Assembly: GCA_963805855.1 (NCBI GenBank)
Contig: CAWDVW010000005.1
Span: 576,001-640,000, forward strand
Source: Candidatus Dadabacteria bacterium
Lineage (GTDB): Bacteria; Desulfobacterota_D; UBA1144; Nemesobacterales; CSP1-2
Direction of reading: 5' to 3'
Length of the DNA: 64,000 nt
Below the pieces are notes generated by a model. The model did no database searches. It saw only the letters and a list, made by a program, of their open reading frames with translations, and was not told the DNA's origin. Below are positions 50,913 to 62,100 of this stretch, piece by piece. How positions within the stretch are numbered: position 1 is the first letter of the stretch; every line of letters begins with the position of its first letter. A program made the translations under genes and the position numbers.

Positions 50913-52970
50913 ATGAATGCAACCGGGAACAAAAAAAAGAATGTAAATTATGAATTAAAGGTCATTAATTGGCTTTTTAAATTCGCGAGATCACATAAAA
51001 TCTCCATCAGTTTATCGCTTACCTTTATGTTGATGTCCGCTGGTCTCGAAATTGCCGTCCCCTATTTAACAAAGATCGCGGTGGACAACTACATAACCCC
51101 AAACTGGAGAGAGCTAACATTTTCAAACGATATAGAAGATATCAGGCTGGAGAAAAGGCTTCAGAACCAGTATCCGTCTCATGTTATTGCCCTTAACAGA
51201 GATAACTACCTTATAGATATTTCTCGATTGAGTACCGAAGATAAATATAGTGTTGAGAAACTATCCTCTCACCCAGAAAACAAGTACCTAGTCATTGATG
51301 GTTCCAAAATTAAATCCGATCGTCTGGCCAGGGTTCACGAGATAGTGAAGACGCATCCACAAGCCTTCAAAAGGAAAGGGAATCTCTATTACGCGGAATA
51401 TAATTCCTTGGAGGAGCTGAGCCATCGGGAACTTGAGATCTTGCGTAGCGAGCAAATTAGCAAAATAGGAATACTTGCTTTATTAGTAATTCTAAGCCTT
51501 TTTGGAATATTCGTCTTCAGCTGCCTCTATACTTATATACTGAACTACTCAGGGCAAAGGCTAATGCACAGAATCAGGTTAAATGTCTTTTCTCATATCT
51601 TGAATTTGCCGCAATCATATTTCGATCGTAATTCCGTGGGAACAGTTACAACCCGTGTGACTAACGACGTGAACGCGATAACCGAAATGTACACATCTGT
51701 CCTTATACAGTCGATTAGGGACATCCTCCTGATAGTTGGGGTGATTGGTGTGATGTATTACATGAATCATGAACTAACGTTAATCATTATCTTTCTCATC
51801 GCGCTTATTGTGATTATAGGCGTGGTCTTCAGAATCAGATTTAAAACCGTCTACAGTAATGTTAGGAAGACTATTGCCAACGTCAATGCTTTTGTACAGG
51901 AGAGTATTAGAGGAATTGTATTGATCAAGCTATATAACAAAGAAGGCAACAATTTTGAAAGGTTTAACAAAGTTAATACAGAAAGTTACAAAGCAAACAT
52001 GGATGAACTATCGGCAATCTCGAAGTTCACGCCTATTGTGGAATTCGCGGGAATATCCTCAGCAGCAATTGTGCTATGGTATGGCAGCACGAGTGTTGTA
52101 AACCTGGAAATCAGTCTCGGAGCATTTATTGCGTACCTTTATTACATCTTGATGCTCTTTAGACCCATTCTTCAAATGTCTGAAAGGTACAATCGTATCT
52201 ACTCCGCGATAGCTGCATCTGAAAACCTGTACGATATCGTAAATCTTGAGGTGGAGAATAATGAACTCAAGGGTAATATCGAAAAATTTCGAGGTAAGAT
52301 AGAGTTCAAAAACGTCTGGTTTTCGTATAACGAATATGACTGGGTCCTAAAAGACGTTTCCTTCAGGGTAGATCCCGGCGAGACAGCGGCGCTGGTAGGG
52401 CTTACGGGCTCTGGTAAGAGTACAATTGTTAACTTAATCCTCAGATTCTATGATATACAAAAAGGCCAATTATTAATCGATGGATCGGACATAAACGAAT
52501 TCAGCCCGGATTTCTTGAGAGAGAATATATCGGCCGTATTCCAGGACACATTTCTTTATGAAAAAAACATAGCAATATCGCTCGGCGATAAATCTGCTGA
52601 ACTCTATAATTACTTGCATGGAGATGACAAGTCTGAAAGATTTTCTGCATCCTCCGGTGAGCAGCAGCTAGCTTCCTTGATAACTGCGCTTGAAAAAGAC
52701 GTAAAGATTTTGATACTTGACGAAGCCACCTCCAATATAGATGCCCAGATTGAATCGAAGTTACATGATCTCGTTAGAAAGGATTTTGATACCAGAACAA
52801 AATTGATCATTTCTCATAGACCATCCAATGCAAAATCAGCCGATAGAATAATTGTTATTCATGAAGGGGAAATTCTCGAAATTGGAAGTCACACCGAACT
52901 CATTGAGAAACAGGGCTTTTACTACAATCTCTATAGACTCGAGGATGAGATTGAACACGTTTCATCATGA
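50913..52970 (+). CDS. Type IV ABC exporter, half-transporter, consensus-site subunit
   Basis: GLTGSGKS, LILDEATS, SHR; degenerate signature ASSGE; long insert after TM1. Confidence 0.9.
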   Translation: MNATGNKKKNVNYELKVINWLFKFARSHKISISLSLTFMLMSAGLEIAVPYLTKIAVDNYITPNWRELTFSNDIEDIRLEKRLQNQYPSHVIALNRDNYLIDISRLSTEDKYSVEKLSSHPENKYLVIDGSKIKSDRLARVHEIVKTHPQAFKRKGNLYYAEYNSLEELSHRELEILRSEQISKIGILALLVILSLFGIFVFSCLYTYILNYSGQRLMHRIRLNVFSHILNLPQSYFDRNSVGTVTTRVTNDVNAITEMYTSVLIQSIRDILLIVGVIGVMYYMNHELTLIIIFLIALIVIIGVVFRIRFKTVYSNVRKTIANVNAFVQESIRGIVLIKLYNKEGNNFERFNKVNTESYKANMDELSAISKFTPIVEFAGISSAAIVLWYGSTSVVNLEISLGAFIAYLYYILMLFRPILQMSERYNRIYSAIAASENLYDIVNLEVENNELKGNIEKFRGKIEFKNVWFSYNEYDWVLKDVSFRVDPGETAALVGLTGSGKSTIVNLILRFYDIQKGQLLIDGSDINEFSPDFLRENISAVFQDTFLYEKNIAISLGDKSAELYNYLHGDDKSERFSASSGEQQLASLITALEKDVKILILDEATSNIDAQIESKLHDLVRKDFDTRTKLIISHRPSNAKSADRIIVIHEGEILEIGSHTELIEKQGFYYNLYRLEDEIEHVSS

Positions 52971-53181
52971 AGTTGGTTAACGCTCTCGGGACTATAGTCA
53001 CAATATTAATTTCCCCTAAAATACCTATTCAAAAGTATTCAATTAAATGATATAATATGCGGGTATATGCCAGGTAATTCTGCCAGTCCACTTGTTCACC
53101 TTCGATGTTTACGCGGCTATTAAATAACCCAAGGGTAAAATATTAGCAAAAAACACTTGAAGGAATCAACCGTATCGCAGG

Positions 53182-56100
53182 TTGTACAGGATGTGTAGGA
53201 TAAATTCAGATATTGTTCCCGGGAAGAGAAATGAAGGGTTCGCTCCTCTTTCGTTTGGGCAAGAAAGGCTCTGGATTCTTCACCAGTTGAATCCTGGTGG
53301 TTCGTCATACAACGAATCCGGTGCAGTTAGATTCAACGGGCCTCTAAACCTTAGCACACTCAACGATACTCTGAATGAAATCATCAGACGTCACGCGATC
53401 TTAAGAACCACATTCCCAGTAACCGAGGGAAAACCATTTCAGTTCATCAACCCTTCCCTTAAGCTGCCCTTACCGATGGATGACCTTTCGAACCTTTTAA
53501 AGAGTGACAGGCATTCTAAGGCGACGCAAATAATCGAAGAGGAAGTCAAAAAACCTTTTGACCTTTCTAAAGGCCCATTAATTCGTTACAGGGTGCTACG
53601 CCTTAACGAGGAAGAGCATTGGTTCATAATTACATTCCACCACATTGTATGCGATGGATGGTCAATTGGTTTGTTTACAAAAGAAGTAGTAAATGTTTAC
53701 AATGCCTTCGCGCAAGGCAAGCCTTCGCCCCTACCCGAGTTACCCACCCAATATGCCGATTACGCCCTGTGGCAGCGGGATCGGATGCATGGCGGGGGGT
53801 TAGAATCACAACTCAATTACTGGAGGTACAAGCTTTCTGGGGCTCCTCCTGGGTTGGCAATCCCGACCGACAGGCCGAAGACTGCGGATAACAATTTCAT
53901 ACATGGCGGTCAATGCTTTGAAATACCAAAAAAGCTTTATAAATCTCTCTTGGAACTGAAGGAGCGCGAAAAGATTACGCTATTCATGGTGATGTTGGCA
54001 TCGTTTGACGCATTGCTTCATCACTATACGGGAGACGAGGATGTCATAGTTTTCTCTCCAATAGCTGGTCGTAATTATGCCAAGATAAGGCGATTAATTG
54101 GTTTCTTCGTGAATACACTAGTCCTGCGCACCGATGTCTCGGGAAATCCCACTTTTAGGGATTTACTTAGACGAGTGAAAAACGACTGTGTTGGAGCATA
54201 TAGACATCAGGATCTCCCGTTTCAAAAATTGGTAGAGGAACTTAGACCTAAACAGGTTTCAGATCGTGCAAATCGTGTACAAGTTGCTTTCATGCTTCAT
54301 CGCGAACTCGTGGAACCAATAAAGCTATCGGAAGAATTAACCCTAGAACCCATAAAGTATGACATCGGGATTGATGAAGTAGATCTGACGTTCATTCTGT
54401 GGGAAGGAAGGGAAAAGATAACCGGTTCTGTTCAGTATAATGCCAGTCTGTTCGAAGACTCGACTGTAACTTGCATGGTGAGGAACTTCCGTGCCCTGCT
54501 TGAGTGTATTGCTGAGAATCCCGATCAAAGAATTGCGTCGTTGCCGATCTTAAGCGAAGATGGAAGCAATAAGTTAATAGTCAATAAGAATAGAATTCCT
54601 CAAAAAGTAACTACTAAAACTCACAGACATTCAATTGAAGAAATCTATAGACTTTCTAATCTAACCAAAAACCAACTGTTAGTATGGATGGGCCAAAAGT
54701 TACAGCCCGAGGCACCTGTCTATAATCTAGCCGCAACACTTACCATATTTGGTGAAGTGATTCCAGAGCTCTTTCAGGATGCATTTCGGACCCTGGTAAA
54801 TTCCAGTGATGCTTTAAGGACGGTTATACGCGAAGTAGGAGGATTACCTCAGCGTGTTGTACTGGAAAATTCCCAACACGGAATTGAGTTCCTGGACTTT
54901 TCCAAGGTCCACGAACCCGAAATGAGGCTTAAATCCTACTTAGACAAACAATCTGAATTGCTATTCGACTTGGAGAAATGCCTGTTTAATTCTGCATTAA
55001 TCAAGCTATCGGAGAAAAAATACGTATGGTATCTAAATCAGCACCACATCATTAGCGATGGATGGTCCGTTTGGCTAATCTTTAACAAGTTTTATGACAT
55101 TTATGAAAATATGTTGCGAGGAGAATCAAAAAATAAGATAGAACTACCCAAATACGAAGATTATATACAATTTGAGAGAGATTATTACTCCTCATCAAGA
55201 TACTTAAAGGATGAAGCATACTGGCAAGAAAAGCTTCGTGAGGATACAGAGCCGATCACATTTTATGGAAAATCAAATCTATTTTCTACCACTAATGTCG
55301 AAAGAGTTTCATTCGACTTAGGTGCGACCCGGTCTCGAAAGCTTCGAGAGCTTGCCCAACATGAAGATATAAGGTCAGGTACCGTGGATGTATCTCTCTT
55401 TAATATCTTTGCCGCATTACTTAATACATATCTTTATAAGGTAAGTGGGAACGAAATGCTCACTTTAGGAACAATCTTTCATAACCGACGCTCTAGGGCC
55501 TTTAAGGAAACGATAGGACTATTTATGCAAATGCTCCCGATTCGAGTGTTTGTCGAGGAGGATGAGACCTTCCTATCATTGATTAACAAGCTAAAGGGTG
55601 AGATGCATGGCATCATCAGACACGGGCAATATTCATTAGGCAACCGACCTCAGAAGAAGGTCTACGATGTATTACTGAACTATCACAACATGAGTAATGA
55701 AACACATAGGGAATTTAACGGGAGTCCGGTGCTTGCGGAAGCAGTTCATAGTGGCCATGAAAGCGATAGCCTGGGCTTGCGAATACTTGATTTCGGTTCC
55801 ACTGGAAGCCTTAATCTTGAATTCGATTTCAATTGCGACGTATTCGCCGAAGAGGACAGGAAAAAGGTAGTCAGCCATCTCCTCAGGATACTAGACGCGT
55901 TCCTCGAGGATAAAAACCAATCCCTAGACGACATTAAATTACTCAGACACGAAGAAGAACAGCCAATATTGGTTGATTTTAACCAGACAAGAAAGGAATA
56001 TCCGTACGATAGAAGCATACACGAATTGTTTCTAGAGCAGGTTAGGAAGAGGCCAGATGCTACTGCCGTGGCATCCAAGAACTCAACATTGACCTACAGG

Positions 56101-59100
56101 GAACTAAACGAGAGGGCAAATCAATTGGCCCATCATCTGATTGGATTGGGGGTAGATCAAGAAAGCATTGTTGGTCTTTGCCTGGAGCGCTCAGTGGAGA
56201 TGATAGTTGGGCTTCTTGGGATACTCAAGGCAGGTGGTGCTTACCTGCCCCTTGATCCCTCGTATCCCAAGGAGCGATTGGCATTCATGCTTAGGGATGC
56301 AAATGTTTCTGTCCTTATTACACAGAGGGGATTCGAAGCGAGGCTGCCTGAGAATGGAGCGAAGGTAGTGTTGATCGACACCCAGTGGAATGAGATTTCA
56401 AAGGAGAGCAAAAGAAACCCAAGGCATGCGGTATCACCGGACAACCTTGCCTATATTATCTACACCTCTGGCTCTACAGGGGTACCCAAGGGTGTAGCTG
56501 TCCAGCACCGCTCCGTTGTCAATCATAATTTGGATGTTTCGAGAAGGTATGGCCTTAGGGAAGATGATCGGGTGCTCCAATTCTACTCCATAAGCTTTGA
56601 CGGTGCAGTTGAGGAGATATTCCCGACGTTAATATCGGGTGCTACATTAGTGCTCAGGGGTGAAGACATACTGGCTCCCGGCAGTGAATTGTTAGGGTTT
56701 ATTGACAGCAATGAGATAAGCGTTGTCAACCTACCCACCGCATACTGGCACGAGTGGGTAAAAGAACTGCCAAGCACGAATGGGAGGTTTCCAAATTCTC
56801 TTCGATTGGTGATAGTGGGAGGAGACAAGGTTTCACCCGACAGATATAAGACCTGGGGCGAGGTGGTGGATGGTAGGGTGCGATTGATAGACACATACGG
56901 TCCAACAGAGACAACAGTGATTTCAACAATGGCTGAGGTTAACGGAGCATCAAGGCTCTCTATTGGACGGCCTATAGCAAACACAAAGACCTACATACTC
57001 GATAAACGAATGCATCCGGTCCCTATCGGAGTGGCAGGGGAACTTCACATTGGAGGATTAGGAGTTGCACGTGGGTATCTTAACCGACCTGATCTGACAG
57101 CGGAAAGATTTTTACCAAACCCCTTCGGTGATGATCCTGGGGAGAGGCTTTATAGAACAGGCGACCTTGCACGGTACCTGGAAGATGGAAATATCGAGTT
57201 TCTGGGCAGGATAGACCATCAGGTTAAGATAAGGGGATTCAGGGTTGAGCTTGGCGAGATAGAATCAATGATATTGGAACACCCTGGTGTGAAAGAAGCC
57301 GCGGTGATGGCACGGGAGGACCAGCCTGGGAATAAACGCCTTGTTGCGTATGTTATTCCTAATGAGGAAAATAACTTACACAATAAATCAAACGCAGCAG
57401 CTGAACTTGCCGCTGAACAAATATCTCAATGGCGCACTGTATTTGAAGATCCTTTCTCAGAGCATTTACCCGATACTGACCCCACCTTCAATATCGAGGG
57501 CTGGAACAGCAGCTATACTGGCGGTCCCATTCCACAAGAGGAAATGCGCGAGTGGGTGGAGAACACCGCGAACAGGATAATTTCACGTAAACCAAGCCGA
57601 GTACTTGAGATAGGGTGTGGAACGGGTTTGCTGTTATTTCGGATTGCACCCCACTGCGCCAAGTATGTTGGAACTGACTTTTCCGAGTCAGCACTCAGCA
57701 ATATTAAGAAGCAGCTGGCGAAAGGGGATAAGGGATTGGAGCGCGTGTCTCTATTCCATAGGCTGGCGGATAATTTCGAAGGGTTTGAGGAAGGGGATTT
57801 TGATTCGGTTATTATCAACTCGGTAATCCGGTACTTCCCTAGTTTAGAGTACCTTTTATCCGTGCTAGACGGCGCCGTGAAAGTTTTATCAAACGGGGGC
57901 TTCCTCTTTATAGGAGATGTTAGAAGTCTTCCACTATTGGAAGCCTTTCACGCCTCTGTTCAATTACATCGTTCGTCTGCCGTCACAACGAAGAGACAGT
58001 TGCAAGAGCTAGTGCAAAAACGTTTGTTCCACGAGGAAGAACTTGTTATTGATCCCTCTTTCTTCTTGGCTTTGAAGCATCATTTTCGCCAGATCAGCCA
58101 TGTCGAGATTAAAGGCAAGCACGGTTACTATAACAACGAACTTACCAGGTTCCGTTATGACGTCATCCTACATATCGGGAGTGAATACCTCAAACTATTA
58201 AGACCTAAATGGACTGATTGGCGGGAGGGAGGGATGTCACTTGAATCGATCCGAAGATATCTTTCAGAGTCGCAACCCGACATTCTCGGAATTAAAAATG
58301 TGCCTAATGCCAGGCTTTTGGTCGAGCTAAAGACACTAGAATGGCTAAAGAGCAATGATGGCCCCGATAAGGTAGCAGATTTCAGGAGAACCTTAAGTGA
58401 AGTCAGCATGTCTGGAGTTGACCCAGAAGCCCTGCGGATTCTGGGCAACGAGTTACAATACCAAACTGATATCGCATGGTCAGGTCCATCTAAATATTTC
58501 TGCTTCGATGCAGTATTTAGCCGTGTGAATACCGCGAGGACAATAAACCTCTGGTCAGATGATTCAAACATAAATGAGACTGACTTTCACGCCGCCACGC
58601 TTGATAGCTACGCCAACAACCCCCTGACCAGCAGGACTGCGAATAGGCTAATATCAAACTTGCGATCATTTATTGAAGACAAATTGCCTGCGTACATGTC
58701 ACCATCATCATTTGTTGTGATGCAATCTTTACCAAAAACTGCTGGCGGGAAGATTCACAGAAATTCGCTTCCACCACCGGAAGGAGAAAGACCTGAATTG
58801 GATCGTGATTATGTCCCGCCACGAACTCCCACCGAGAATAAGTTAGCTGAAATATGGTCCGAGGTCCTCGGAATCGAGCATATTGGTGTATATGATAACT
58901 TCTTTGAATTAGGAGGCCATTCACTTCTTGCCGTGCAGATCATCAACAGAATTCAGGAAATCTTTAAGAAAGAGTTCCAACTGAAAAATCTCTTTACGGA
59001 CCCAACGATTGCCACATTGGCACGAATTATTGAACTGGAAGTAAACTCAGACCAGGCGCAAAAGATTCATTCAATCCCGCAAAGCTCACGTGATTCGAAC

Positions 59101-62100
59101 CTACCCTTATCATCTGCCCAAGAAAGATCATGGTTCTTGGATCGACTGGATCCGGGCGGTACTGCGTATAACATGATTACGGCTTTCCGTATCAATGGTT
59201 CAATCAATTTAAATGCACTTGAGTGGTCGCTCAATGAAATTATCAGGAGGCACGAGGCGCTCCGGACAACCTTCCAGGAAGTAGACGGTAAACCTTTTCA
59301 GGTTATTTCACCATTCAAACGAATACAAATACCGACCGTTGACCTAACTAAACTCAACGAGATGGAGCGGGAAAATGAGGCCCTGAGGATAGTCAAGAAA
59401 GAAATAATGAAACCCTTTGACCTGAAAAAAGGGCCGCTTTACAGCGTATCACTATTAAAACTCTCCGATAAAGAATTTATAGTTGTCTTCATAATACATC
59501 ATATAATTTTTGACGGTTGGTCGGCGAACATTCTGATTAACGAGATGACCGTCTTTTACCAAGCCTTCCCCATGGAAGAACGCGCCCCCATTCCTAAACT
59601 CAAGTTTCAGTATGGGGACTTTGCACAATGGCAGCGGAGTTGGCTGGAGAGCGAGTTAATGGCTAAACAGCTTTCCGACTGGACTGAAAAACTGGGAGGT
59701 CAGCTGCCTAAGTTAGAGCTGCCCATAGACCACCCGCGGCCACCAGTATTCACTTTTAAGGGCGCTACTACAAAAAAATTCGTTCTGCCAAAAGCTCTTT
59801 CGACTAGATTAAAGGACTTGAGCCTTAAGGAAGGCGTCACAATTTTTGTGACCTTGTTAGCCGCTTTAAAGATATTGCTTTACAGATACACAAACGAAAA
59901 AGATATAATTGTAGCTTCACCGACTTCAGGGCGGCATCATCCTGAAATTGAAAACTTGATAGGCTTTTTTGTTAACCCTCTCATCTTTCGAAGCCGTATC
60001 TCGCCTGAGCATACTTTTCGTCAGACCCTTGCACGAGTACGGGAAGTTTGCTTGGATGCCTTTTCGCTTCAGGACGTTCCTTTCGAAAAGATAATTGATG
60101 CTATTAGGCTTGAGCGTAATCCAGGAGTAACGCCAATTTCTCAAGTAGCATTTTCGTTTGAAAGCCCACCGAAACGCTATCAGCTGCCGGAAGCGATTAG
60201 TATAGAGCCTCTGGACATTGACACTGGAACAGCTAAGACAGACTTTGCTCTTTTCATTTCTGAACTAGACGGTGGTTTAGAGGGAAGAGTTGAATATTAT
60301 TCCGAAATCTTCGACGAGTCCACTATTAACCGAATGACAAGTCATTTCCAAATCCTCTTAGAAAGTATCATAAATAACCCGGACCGGCGTGTCTCGGATT
60401 TGAACATCTTAACGAAGGAAGATAGGGAGAAAGTGCTCGTAAAGTGGAATGAGGAATCTAGAGAATATACCAATGAGCGGTGTATTCACGAGCTATTCGA
60501 GCAACAGGTGGATAAAGCTCCTGAAAACATTGCAGTTGTGTTCGAAGATCAAGAGCTTACATATAGAGAGCTAGATGAAAGAGCCAACAAATTAGCGTAT
60601 TACTTGCAATCATTAGGTGTAGGGCCGGAAACATTAGTAGGCCTCAGTATGGATAGATCTCTGGAAATGATTGTCGGATTGCTTGGAATTCTAAAGGCAG
60701 GCGGAACATATGTACCAATCGATGCTTCATATCCAGCAGAGCGTCTAGCCTTAATTTTTGATGATAGCAAATTACAAGTACTTCTAACGCAGAATCATCT
60801 AGAATCCAATTTATTCCATCGTAATACAAGGTCAACGCCGAAAGGCATAAAACATATTCTCTGTATCGATGCTGATCAGGAAATCTCCTCTAAGATACCA
60901 AACAAACATCAAACCGCCAATGTGTCGCATGACAATTTGGCCGTCATATTCTACACCTCGGGTTCCACGGGAAAACCGAAGGGCGTCGAATTGGCACATC
61001 TCGGAATATGTAACTTCACTGAGGAGCTGTCCAGGGATTTACAGATTGCCCCCAACGACCGTATACTCCAGTTTGCCTCACCGAGTTTCGTCGTCTCCAT
61101 AATTGAAATCTTCACAGCCTTGAGTCGCGGATCAACGCTGGTTATGGGGAGCCAAAAGTCATTAATGCCGGGCACCCCATTGACGCGGTCTTTAATCGAT
61201 AATCGCATTTCCATAGCCATTTTACCCCCTTCGATAATTTCATCCCTAAACACAATTGATCTGCCAGAATTGCGAATATTAATAGCCACAGGGGAATCAG
61301 TCACTTCAGAGATTGCGAGGCGCTGGTCTTCGACTCGGAAATGCTTCAATCTTTATGGAACCACAGAAACGGGTGTTGCTACACTCGGGAAATTAAATGG
61401 TCAAGCGGGCGATGTGCCCCTGATTGGAAGGCCTATCTCACACATGCAAGTTTACTTACTCGATAATAGATTGAATCCAGTTCCAGTGGGAGTCAGGGGA
61501 GAGATATATATCGCAGGAACAGGTTTAGCCAGAGGTTATGTTAAGAGACCAGACCCGACTTCCGAAAAGTTTATTCCAAACCCATTCGATCGCAAACCGG
61601 GGAGTCTGATGTACAGATCGGGTGATTTTGCCAGATACAGGCCTGACGGCAGTCTAGAATTTCTAGGTAGGCTTGATAATCAAGTCAAGATTCGAGGATT
61701 CCGCATAGAGCTGAGCGAGCTAGATGCATTAATGCTGCAACATCCCCATGTCAGACACGCATTGGCGCTCGTGCAAGACGACTACCCTAAAGGTAAACGT
61801 ATTGTTGTTTATTTTTCCCCAAGTCAGGATAAGAAAATCGATGTGAGCGAAATCAGAGAATTTCTTAAGCAAAAGCTGCCATATTATATGATGCCTTCAA
61901 ATATTGTCCTTCTGAATAAATGGCCACAGACTGAGAGCGGCAAGATTGACAGGACAAAACTGCCGTTGCCAGATAAATCACGACCAGAACTTAAGGAGGC
62001 ATATATAGCACCAAGCTCAGCAGCTGAGGAAATGCTTGAACTGATTTTCGCTGCGGTTCTTGGCATCGAAAATGTAGGCATCAATGACAACTTCTTCGAT

